Source: Lama glama (Eukaryota). From it: a stretch of DNA of 64,000 nucleotides. This document shows positions 51,830 through 62,519 of this stretch, piece after piece; within the stretch, counting starts at the first letter, position 1, and the number at the start of each line of letters is the position of its first letter. The position numbers were made by a program, and so were the translations under genes. The notes below the pieces were generated by a model, which had not been told where the DNA came from, ran no database searches, and saw only the letters and a program-made list of their open reading frames with translations. Location of the stretch: contig CM052818.1 of the NCBI GenBank assembly GCA_028534125.1, positions 41,108,001 through 41,172,000 on the forward strand, in the 5' to 3' direction.

Positions 51830-52472
51830 TGAGACAGGAGGGAAGAGGGCAGGGCACAACCACTCAAGTAATGACAGCAATTTAACAGCAAAATGGTGGA
51901 AGATTCACCTCCTAGTTGGCCTTAAGGATTAAGATGTTTAACTTCTAGTAGACCTTGAGCTTCATTATATGCTCATTGTAACAGTGTGATCAAATAACAT
52001 GCCCGCAGGCGCCATGACAGCCCCAAGGCTAACCGCCAAAGGCCAAAGATTGGGCAGTGGCCCAATTCCTGGTAATCTCAGCCCCTTCCCCAGGGCAGTT
52101 GGATTGATCCCACCTGTAGGCATGTGAAGCTACTGAGACCATAAAAAGTGACAACAGCACGCCTAGTAGCCCTTTGCGCGCTCTCTCTCTCCCCTTTGGA
52201 GACAGTCCGCACTCTGTCTACGGAGTGTGTACCTACTTTTACTTTAACCTGAGCACCCAATTCCCACACCTCGTTCCTTGCCTTTCTCTTGCCTTACACT
52301 CTATGCAGTGTGTATCTCTCTAAATAAATCTGCCTTTACTCAACGGTGGCTTGCACTTGAATTCTTTCCCGAGCGAAGCCAAGGACCCACACTTGGCAGG
52401 GCACGTCCCAGGGGCTCAACTGAGACCTGGGACTCGGCCCTCCTCACGCCCCACATCTATTTTCCTGCATTA
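51830..52472 (+). mobile_element. Younger ERV1-type solo LTR (MER41-like), 643 bp
   Basis: Starts 'tgagacaggagggaag', ends 'tttcctgcatta'. TSD TTTT (51826-29 and 52473-76), TATA-like 'cataaaaag' ~52140, AATAAA 52323-28. No primer-binding site follows. Confidence 0.9.
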
Positions 52473-53128
52473 TTTTGGGCCTTGATTGTTTTCAGCTCGT
52501 ATTAATTTGCATGCCAGAATGGCACATCTTGGGGCAACTTTTTCTGAACCCCTACACTATTCCAAAGCTATCAGCGTGCTGCTGGGCAAGGTTTTCATCT
52601 GCTACATGAAAGCATCATTTGCAGTGATTTTCATGATTTCTCGCGGCTCTTACATTCTTTAATGAAAGTGCTTAAAGAAAAATTATAGTGTGAATCAAAA
52701 ATTATATACTGACAGTTTAGGGAGATCCCCCACCTTCGCTCACCTTACCTTTTTTTACTGTTTGGTGCTCCCAGCCACTCTTCAAGACAGGATCCTTCCC
52801 TCATTCACCAGATGAAACCTCTGTCAAAATATCTTTCCCGTGTTCCCTGGGGAGCTAATGGCAGAGTTGACATTCAGGTAGGTCAACTTTAAGGACCACT
52901 CTCTTTTTGCTATTCTTTGCTGCCTTTCCTGGAGGATTGTCCTTGAATTCAATTCTCGTCAACATTTGGGATCCAAGTCTTTCAAGGATTGCTCAGTCAC
53001 TCAGGAGTATTCTAATACTATTTAAGATACACTCTCTGCCTAACATGGGGCAATTTTGGAGAAAGCTGTCATGGAGTGGCACAGTGCCTAATTGAAACAC
53101 TAGTTTCAGATGCTTTTCTGGGTGCTCC

Positions 53129-53780
53129 TGATGCAGGGAAACAGATGTGGAGCGTGAGGAGGGCCGAGTCCCAGGCTTTGGTTGAACCTTTGGGATGTGC
53201 CCTGCCAAGTGTGGGTCCTTGGCTTTGTGCAGGAAAGAATTCAAGAGTGAGCCACAGTTAGGTAAAGGTAGATTTATTCAGAGAGATACATTGAAAGGCA
53301 AGAGAAAGGCCACAAGGTGTGGAGATTGGGTGCTCAGATTAAAAGTAGGTACACATTCCATAGACAGAGTGCGGGCTGTCCCCTAAGAGGGGGGGGGTGG
53401 AGGGGAGGGAGAGAGAAAGAGAGAGAGAGAGAGAAAGGCAGCTGTGAGGCGCCCTGTTGCCAGTTTTTATGGGCTTGGTGGCTTCATATGCTAATAAGTG
53501 GAAGGACCAGTCTAAGTAGCCTGGGGAAGGGGCTGGGATTCCCTGGAAGTTGCCCATTTCCCACTCTTTGACCTTTTGTGGCCAGCCTTGGGATGGCCAT
53601 GGTGCCTGTGGGCATGTTATTCACCATGCTTATGTTACAATGGGCTTAGAATGAAGCTCAAGATCTACTGAAGTTAAATCTTCCATCATCCTGAGCCACA
53701 GGGCCTACTGGGGGTTGACTCTTCCACCATTTTGATGTTAATTGCTGTAACATTCCTTGCCCTGCCCCCTTCCTGTCTCA
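53129..53780 (-). mobile_element. Second solo LTR of the same family, inverted, 652 bp
   Basis: Reverse complement starts 'tgagacagga' and ends 'cctgcatca'. TSD CTCC (53125-28 and 53781-84); poly(A) signal seen as TTTATT at 53273-78. Confidence 0.92.
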
Positions 53781-54700
53781 CTCCTAGGGATTTCATAGTT
53801 CAGATTTCCAGGTAGTAGTGGGTGTTTGAACACAGCATTGGCTCTAGCGTTATCCTGTGCTAAGGAGAGGAGAAATACCCTACACAGGGATCCAGTGCCA
53901 ATGATTTGAAATCTACAGTCCCTGTTGTTCAACTTATAAGGAACAGGTGTGCTTAATAGCATATAAAATTGCCAGGATCTCTTTATCTGCTCAAGGAAAC
54001 TGGCTTTTCGAACTTGGAAATTCTTTGTTGTGGTTTATTGATGCAGAGCCCCTAAGCAGCTTTATACAATTCTCTTGAGTTCTTTGAAATTTAGCATAAT
54101 TGAGACTTTCTACATTTAGCCTTTCTCCCTCATTAGCTTGTATTATTGAGACATAGAAATATATTTTAACGTATTTTAAAATCTATATCACTGCTGGAGA
54201 GGCTGTCTTGTCAAATCTTATTTTCCACAGTCTCTCCAGTTCTCTCTTCCAGTCCCTCCAGGAAGCCACTGATAACCTGATTGCTCTGTTCCCAGGACAC
54301 TGACTGGGATACAGTTCCTCTTTGTTACTAGCAAGGGTCAATGTGATTAAAAGGCAGGAGGGCCAAGCAGCACTTTCTCTGCCTCTGAGCACGTGGCAGG
54401 GTGGCAGGCAAAGTCAAGGCTCTCTTTTGAGCTCTGCCATCCCTCTCTTTGCAAATACCACTAAGCACATTGTCACTGTTTTGGAGTTGGTCAGAGGATG
54501 GTAGGATCCTGAGACCAAAACTTATAATTAAGGGATATATGAGACCCCATGTAGTCTTTGAAGCTAAGCCTTACGCTCTGACCTAGCTTATCAGCACATG
54601 CGGGGGACAGAAAGTGAGGGTGGCTGGAACCAGTGAAGGAAGGGGGGAGCCGAAGGAGATGAGGTGGGAACGGGCTAGGATCAGTTCACGTGCCTCTAGG

Positions 54701-54877
54701 CACAGCTGACTGGGTAGTTTGTGAGGCCTGGTGTAAAATGAAAATGCAGGACTCCTCTACAAGAAATTTTTGAGGGTTTCAAGACAAAGACAACAAAGCA
54801 CTGAACTAAGTGTGGCCCCTTCTAACCCCTACAGCCCGTGTGACTGTACTTTCCACACACCCGTGAAGCAGGCCCTG
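54701..54877. mobile_element. MER45A-like hAT-Tip100 MITE
   Basis: 'gtgtaaaatgaaaatgcagg...tttcaagac...cacccgtgaagcaggccctg' resembles the reverse complement of MER45A. Confidence 0.75.
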
Positions 54878-57800
54878 CCATGGTGAGGAGGCTGGATTTT
54901 GTGCTGATTGCTATTGGAAGCAATTGGAATAATAGCAGGAGGTGGAAGACCTAGAAATCATGTAACCCAATTAGTTAATTTGAGAGAAAGTTGTGTGATA
55001 TGGCACAGAGAAGATGGTGACTAAAGGTCTTTGGCACCGGGAGACTTGAGTCCTCCCAGTCCTGCCTCTTGCTTGCCATGTGGTTCTGAACATGAGAAAG
55101 CCCCATATGTTCTTCCAACCCCATTCCCCTCAGCTCTGGTGCCTCAAGAAAGCTTGATTCTGGAGCAAGACCTTGGAATCTGCATTTTAGAAGCTCTCTA
55201 ACGTGGGGTCAGATTGAGAAATTGTAGCACTGAAGCATCTATGACAATGCGTATCCACACATGTGACAATTTCCTGTTTTTCTGTTGGCCCAAGTCCATC
55301 TCTGGCACATACCCTGGAGTTGTCAAAGGTATGCTTTGTCAACTTCAGAAAGAAGATGTTATTTCTAAGCCCAAGTTGGTAATGCTGGTGATGGCCTGGC
55401 AGGAATGGTGTTCACTGGGCAGATCTGCTGTGTAGACAGTGCCAAGAAGAAGCAAGTTAGGGGCAGAATAATCTCAGGGTCCCTCCTCTGGACGCTGTGT
55501 TCCCTTATCTTAAAAAGTGGACTCAATTATTGCGTTAATTTATTTGACTCTTTGTATGGTGAAATCTTTATCATTTTGCTTTGCCAAAATTCTTTTCACC
55601 GAATTCAGCCCTTATTTTAAAATTAGGCGAAACAGTAAGTTCTTTCACTATCTCTCAGATTGAAATATTGACATCTTCCCTTAGCTATATCCCTACACGT
55701 GGGATGATGCTGAGGACAAGATAGCAACACACCCAGCATTTTGTAATCTTCTAAGGTTTCAATTATTAGGGAATGCTGACAATCAAAAATTATAAAATTA
55801 GTCAATTTGTGTGCAAAATCTCTAAATATTTGTAAAATGTTAAAGGACCATTTTCAGATGTTAATATGACCTTTGAAACATCTTACCACAGTATTTAAAA
55901 AGCTTTATACTGCATGGTTATTTGAATTAGTGCGTGGGAAGAGAATCAGAGAAAGTCATTTTGTATTTGGAAGAGAAAGAAAAGGGAACTAATTCTACGG
56001 TGCGGAAATGGCTCCCTTTGAAAGATGTCCTTCACTTGCCTTTGTTTGAGGTTAATTATATATTTTTAAAAGTACTTCCCACAGGAATGATTTTTGACGC
56101 TTGAGTTATTTTTATATGTATGTGTTACCCCTCCAAATATTTGCCATATTGCTAGGAAAATAATAGTCAAAAGCAACATTATTTTTTGCTGGTATCTGAA
56201 AGTCTTTTTGTTTTTTATTACAAGAACAGTGTAACAATAAGACAGCTTGGGAAAAGAAAGAAATGATGCCCTCGGTCTTACATACATTTTCATCTTGTAC
56301 TTTCCTTTTTACTTAAAATAATTTAAAATGATATTCTCACATGATTGTAAACGGGATGTGACAGAAAAAGACTGGTTGGAATGAAGAATAAAATCTTGTG
56401 GCACCATTTTTTCTTTTCCTTCCTGTAAGCAGGTTTGTCTTCCTTGTTAGGGAAGCAAAGAAAATGATAATAATACTAATTTTGTTCTAGAAGTCGGAGG
56501 TTATTTTCTTATAGAAACTAAATGCTCATATCCTTATACTTTGCAACGTATCTCCTTCCTTCCTCCATCTCCTCCGTCACCCAGGCTCCCTGCCTCTTTT
56601 CCTTTCTACTTGCCATCTCTGGCCTGCACATGTCACAGAATTCCAGATGATAGGTACAAAAAAGAATAGATGCCTCTCAGTATTTATGGAAATATCACAG
56701 CGATTCACTCTTTTCAGTGAGGACATAGAGCTATTATTTTTATCTGAGTAGATACGAGTCAACTTTGCTTTACAGAAAAGGTGGCAGGATTTAGCTGCAA
56801 GCATCCATCACACATTATATTAGTGATGTAATAGCATTGTCAGAGTCGGTATTACCTACTGCAACAAGACAATTCCTAAAAGACCAGAAAAAAATGGTGT
56901 TTGCTGCAGCTGCCTGGCCATAAAGTAGAGTGTAAATCACACATGAAGCAACTGCTGAGCAGATTAAGGACTTGAACAGTGGTCGATGAGGATAACTCCT
57001 GAAAATTACTTCGTAAGAAAACCGTTAAGACAGTATGGAGGTAACTATGTACTCAGGATCACATTTTCTCACCACTACTCAAAGTCTCAGCTTTGATTGT
57101 ACAAACGCTTCATGGCTTACAATTTATAACAAATCTTTCATCTTTACTTTGTTTTCAGATTTTATTTATATCTTTACTTATGTCCAGGATAAAACTAAAA
57201 CAGCCAACATAGGAAATTGAGAGCATAGTCAAGATAATAAAATGAAAGGATTGAATCCATTTAAACTTCCTTTTTTTAAAAGATGCTCTGATTATGGAAA
57301 TCACTTAATGTGAAAGTATATGACTGATACAGTGGTATCTACCTAGAGATCAGTAAATCAGACATGTTTGGCCCTTGACAGTTCTGCACTTGAATATTCC
57401 ACTTTCTGTTCATGTTTTCCCCATCTTTCACTCTTCTCCTCATATACTCATTCCTTCAGACAGTCCTCAAACATAACTAAATATTGTTCTGTTTTTACTC
57501 TTATTTTAAAAACTTTTACGTGCTGTCTCTTTAATAGAATTTGTATAGACAGGAAGCCTAAATCAGCTTGTCTGTGATTGCTCAGAATCTCAGCCAGAGC
57601 GGAGACTCTTAACTGCACTGTTCTCAATATGGCTTCAGTTTGTTTTCAGCTTGCCTTATGCCAACTTTTCCAGTAATTACTCTTTCATGAACTTAGAATG
57701 TAAAGCAAATGAATAAAAGGCCAAAAGATGAGCTAATTTTAATGAAAACTGATAGAAAACACCATAGGAGATATTTTCAGTGATAGAAAGAAGGTACTTA

Positions 57801-57954
57801 TTACATAGAATCATAGACCCTGCCCTAGAAGGAACCCGCTTGTAGGATGCCTTCCCCACACACCCGCCTTCAGCAGCCTGAACAGTCAGGCTCAGCTTGA
57901 ACATCCCTAGCAATGCTTTTTGTGGTAGATTTGGGACTGATGTTGAAGCATGTC

Positions 57955-58311
57955 TGTCTTAGTCAGTTTGGGCTTCTATAGCTAAATTCCATAGACTGGG
58001 TGGCTTAAATAGCAGAATTTATGTTTGTGCAATTCTGGAAGCTAAGAAGTCCAAGATGAAGGTGCTGGCAGATTTGGTGTCTGATGAGGACTTGCTTCCT
58101 GGTTCATAAATGGCTGTCTTCCTGCTATGTACTTACATGGCAGAAGGCACAGAGGAGATCTCTGGGCTCTCTTATCAGGGCACTAATCCCATGTGTAAGA
58201 GCTCCACCCCGTAATCTAATCATCTCCCAAAGATCCCACCTCCAAAGAGCATTGCACTGGGGATTAGGTTTCAACAAATGAACTTTAGAGGGACACATTC
58301 AGTCCATAATA
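57955..58311 (-). mobile_element. MaLR LTR (MLT1A0-like)
   Basis: 'tgtcttagtcagtttgggct...agactgggtggcttaaa...gaagtccaagatgaaggtgctggcagatttggtgtctg...gggcactaatccc...cattcagtccata'. Confidence 0.9.
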
Positions 58312-58499
58312 ATGCTAGTGTTTAGGGAGACTGTCCTTAACTCAGTCAAAATCAGCCTCCTTTGAGCTTTGGTTCACTTCAATTTAACACAGCAATTATT
58401 GAGTACTTACTGTATGTTAGGGGCTCTGCTTGGCACTGGGTTATAAAGATGAGTAAGGAAGACACAGGTCGTAAAGTATTTAGTGTTTAGTAAAAGCGA

Positions 58500-58990
58500 T
58501 GGTCAGTATTTTTTTAGGGTAAATGATAGAATCCCTCTCAAGGTGCCTTAAACAAAAAGATGATTTATTGAGAAGATCCAATGATAGGTCTAAAACGTAA
58601 GGCGGATACAAGTATTCAAACTGCGTGACAGCAATTCACCTCTTTAAATCTCTGAGCTCTTCTTTTCTCTGTGTTAGTTTTTTTCCCTCTGTTGGGCTCT
58701 GTCCAAGTGGTGGAAAAGATGATCTTTGGTAGCTCCTGGCTTATGTGAGCCTTAAACTGGAACTTGCAGAGAAACGAAAGTGCCTTTTGCCTGATAGTAC
58801 TAGCAGAAATCCAGGGGAAGGTCTGATCAGGTTAGGGTCATGTGACACCTGGAAAGAGCAGTTGAGTGTTGCTTTAAGCGAGGGAAGCCTAGTGCTTAGC
58901 CTTACCTGGGTGACGCAGAATAGATTTCCACAGGAAAAGGGCTTCCATTACTAGAAGAAACATTGGAAGGAGAGTGTACTTGCAGTGAAA
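58500..58990 (-). mobile_element. Old MaLR LTR (MLT1J/K-like)
   Basis: 'ccttaaacaaaaagatgatttattg...aaatccaggggaaggtctgatcaggttagggtcatgtgacacc'. Confidence 0.6.
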
Positions 58991-60144
58991 ACTACCTACC
59001 TACCGTAGACTACTATGGTGAAGGGCGTGACATATCTTCAGTGTTTGAAAATAGCTACCTGCTCCTTCATCCTTACCACAAATATGCCCAAATGTGTGCA
59101 CACACATACACAACACACACATTGCCTCTTTCTTTAGTTTTCTTGTCTCTAACCCAACAAAAATGGTCTTTTTCGAATGTTCCTGTGGCAAGATGTCCTA
59201 GACCCCTCCTGGTCACCAACCTATGGCCACTCTCTAGTTTGTTAACATAGATTGCTGTCCATTTCACAATTATTCATATATGGTCCAACCAGGACAGCTT
59301 TCCAGGGAGCTTCCACCTTTATCTGAATTCTTCTGTGACTTTCACCTACGGTGAAATAGTGATTTTAGTCACTGAGTAAATGTTGATTTAGACTGGGTAT
59401 TACAAACTAGTTGTTTGTGGATTTTATCTTTTAATAGGTGTGTTTTGTTCAGGCCAAATATTTAGAAGTAACTTGTTTTTCAATATTTTAATTCAGGTGA
59501 TTCCAAATAAATCTCTGAATTTCCACAAGACATTTATTCTGTGAAGGTAGATCCTCGTTTGTCAGTCTGTCTTTAGTGCTTAGAACAAAGAAGCACCTCA
59601 GTAACTATTAAAATGAGTTTGATGGGATTATTTGGACAGTGGATTCTGTGTGTCACATGAGCTGTTCAGCCTAGAATTGTATCACTGGAAAATGCTATAT
59701 GTCTTCTATCTTCATTCATGTCAATTATAAAAATGTTGAGTGGGATAGGATTGTTGATGAAGCCTTGGAGCAACCTTCAAGATTCATTAACATAAATTCT
59801 ATGGTTTGATTACTCATCCATGCCGTGGCGCCTCCTGTCTGATATTCATTTCAGTTAATAGTTCTACAGCTTTTCCATAAGCTTATTAGGAAACATTTGG
59901 CAAGTGTTGTATGGCAATTCTATTTAATGTATTTTCTAATAATCAGACTAGTAACACCATTACAAAAAAGAATGATGTTATTTTAGCAGGAAATGTTTTC
60001 TTAGTACATTTTCACTCTTGGTGATCATATCATTCCTTTCTATATGACTATAAATGATCTGTTTATCAGAAGCTAATTCTAGAATTAGGTCAGCGATAAG
60101 GGTCTGTCTTATAGTCTGACACTCCTAGGACCTGAAAGGTCAAT

Positions 60145-60178
60145 TGCAGTGACTGTCTATGGTCAGCAGAGGGCAGCA
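60145..60178 (+). promoter_or_regulatory. Candidate CTCF site with upstream module
   Basis: Core 'tggtcagcagagggcagca' has one mismatch to CCASYAGRKGGCRS, and an upstream TGCAGT sits at the expected spacing. Confidence 0.6.
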
Positions 60179-60409
60179 TGGAGAGGAGTGGACTGCAAAG
60201 GTCTTCAGGCTGGGGAAGCTATGTCCACAGTTTCCATCTGACAGTCACCTCCTGAGCCATGACAGTGGGTGGCAGGGAGATGCTCTATCTGCTACAAAAA
60301 AAAAAAAAAAAAAAGTCTATGTGAACTGCTAGTCAGATAGGGAGAAACTACATAAACAGAAGTTGGTGAGAGAAGTACGCTTGCCCTTGAGGGCAAAGGG
60401 AGAACAGTA

Positions 60410-60620
60410 ATGATAACTAATAATATTTATTGATTAGCTATTATTTGCCAAACACTGAACTGGATTTATTTTCTCAATAAATCTTCACAGCAAACTTGTG
60501 AGGGCAGATATTTTATTCCCATTTTGTAGATAAGGAAACTGAGTTTCAGAAAGGTTGAAAAACGTAGCCAAGATGATACAGGTAACAAGTGAAGGATGGG
60601 GCATTGGTCTCACTGCTAAG
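60410..60620. mobile_element. MIR SINE
   Basis: 'ttttattcccattttgtagataaggaaactgagtttcagaaaggttgaaaaacgtagccaag'. Confidence 0.85.
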
Positions 60621-62072
60621 CCTGTGCTAGTGCCAGTGTCTTGTCAGCTCACAAGAAGCAGCAAAAATTCTTTTTCTAGGAATCTATGTGAAAAGGAAGG
60701 AACAACAGAGAATCAGAAAGCAGCCAAGATGCAGCCTCTGGCCCCGTTAGCCTGGTTGGCCCTGCCAGCTGGCCAGTCTGAAGATATCAAGCTGCAGGTC
60801 TTCTGTTGATGAGGTCTGCATTTCTTTATTTTTGTGACTGCGTTTGCCCATTTTCAGTCTTTGGGCACCTCTCTCATTCCCTCTGTGCCTCGGAGACCGT
60901 GGGTCTGTACAGTGTAGCACACTTCAGTGTTGGGGGATTTGGCTGGGCCTGACAGTGCCCACGTGCTCTCACATGACTTCAGTTTTGTCTGGAGCCTTGT
61001 CTTCACTTGGCTTGAGTTTCCTTCCTTGGACTGTGAGCCCTTTGAAGTGTAGAGATTGTGTGTGTTACTGTGAATATCTAATACAGTAGCTTGTACAGAT
61101 ATATGATTAATTAATGTTTATTGAATGAGTGAACTGAGATCATTCTTCATGGAGAAGAGGACGCCAACTTAAGTTTGAGGATTACGCCTTAATTCTATCC
61201 TAACAGAATTACTCACACTGAGTACTGAATCTAGCCACTCCGTGACTGTTGAACTCCTTCAGTTCTCCCCTTGATTGTCTCTAGACATTTAGTGGTTGCT
61301 GGATTCCAGCCTTCCTTGTAAAGAAGTGACACACTATATTTGCCCTTAAATTCATTGCCTTTTTGGTAACTTCCATAAGGTGCTCTTTAAAAATATGAGA
61401 TAGAATAAGAGCTATTTCTTGGCCCCCTAGTTATAGGCTGACATTTCAGGACTCCTTTATTTCTTTGATGCAGAACTTAGAAATTCAGTCTGCATTTCTC
61501 TCATTTAATGGCTATTCCTGAGTACTTGATCTCTTTGCGTTCCTTCTCTCCAGACTGTAGAGCAGAACGTGGTCTTGTCGGCTAACACTGACCTGCTTCT
61601 TTATTGTATCCCTAAATAAACTTACAGGCCCTTTTTATTATAAGGGCTTTACTGCTGATTTCTGTGGGAAAGAGACAAAGGAGAGTCAAAGAAAAATAAG
61701 AAAGCAAGATGAAGTAGCAGAGTTCTCAGTTTCACGGTCCCCTTGACTTTTACCTACCTCCCCTGTATGATCATAGGAACCTTTGTCTTCCGCTCTCAGC
61801 TTTTATTCCTGAACGTGAAGCTCACCTTCAGCTTCCCCATTTAACCCCTCCCAGGAGGCAAAGATGCAGCTTAACTCCTTGTCTCCCATGGGAAATTTGC
61901 ATCTCTTTAGCTTTCCAGACCTACTGGCACTCAGTCAGGCCTGTGACCTACTCAGGAATAATCCTCTCAACATTTCCTTATAAAATACCCCTCCCTTTAC
62001 CTTATTTGTGGGTTATTTTTTAAAACGTATCCTGAATTTAAATTCTGAGCTGTCTCATTATCTTCAGTTCTA

Positions 62073-62289
62073 TTTTCTTTTTTTTTCATTTTTCAGTTTT
62101 ATTAGGTAGAACTGTTACGATTTGATTGCACACATACATTATATTGCATGTAAATACATGTGCACAATATGCACAATTTTTTTTTAGTTTATGTATATGT
62201 ACTGACCATTGTTTCTAAGAACAGGTTAGAGCTTTAGCTTTTTAAACTTACATAGTTATCAAAGGAATAAAGCCAACCACAAAATAATA
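62073..62289 (-). pseudogene. 5'-truncated processed retrocopy of an unidentified mRNA 3'UTR end
   Basis: Minus-strand AATAAA (62098-62103) lies about 12 nt before an A tail. Flanking direct repeat TTCAGTTCT (62063-71 and 62290-98, extendable to 16/18), and an L1 endonuclease TT/AAAA site at the right flank. Confidence 0.75.
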
Positions 62290-62519
62290 TTCAGTTCTTT
62301 ATTCTTTTAAAGTTTCTGGTCGAGAGAATCAGAACTTTTTTCTCTGATTAGTTTATAATTTCTTTTCCTAAGGCCCGTGGAGATAATATGAACTAAGATC
62401 ATGAATCAAGATGTTCATGGGCAACCTTGAAGCCTAGATGAAATGGCTACATTCTCTCCAGGTTTCTGCCACTCTCCAAACTATCTCACTTTTACTTGTA
62501 GGTAGGAATTAAGAAACAA

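Larger units (their letters stand above)
51194..52556 (-). mobile_element. Outer ERV1-type solo LTR (MER34/MER39-like), split by two nested insertions
   Basis: TG at 51194 and 'cccctaca' at 52556, with exact 4-bp TSD CTAT (51190-51193 and 52557-52560). The sequence reads continuously when the inserts are removed ('gaatctttt|gggccttgattgttttcagctc'). Confidence 0.85.

Noticed and set aside
51830..53780. Possible provirus bounded by two LTRs
   Set aside because: The LTRs are inverted and have different TSDs, and the spacer has no primer-binding site, polypurine tract or gag/pol sequence.
60296..60313. A18 run as a possible retroposon tail
   Set aside because: No upstream poly(A) signal, element body or clear TSD; treated as a simple mononucleotide run.
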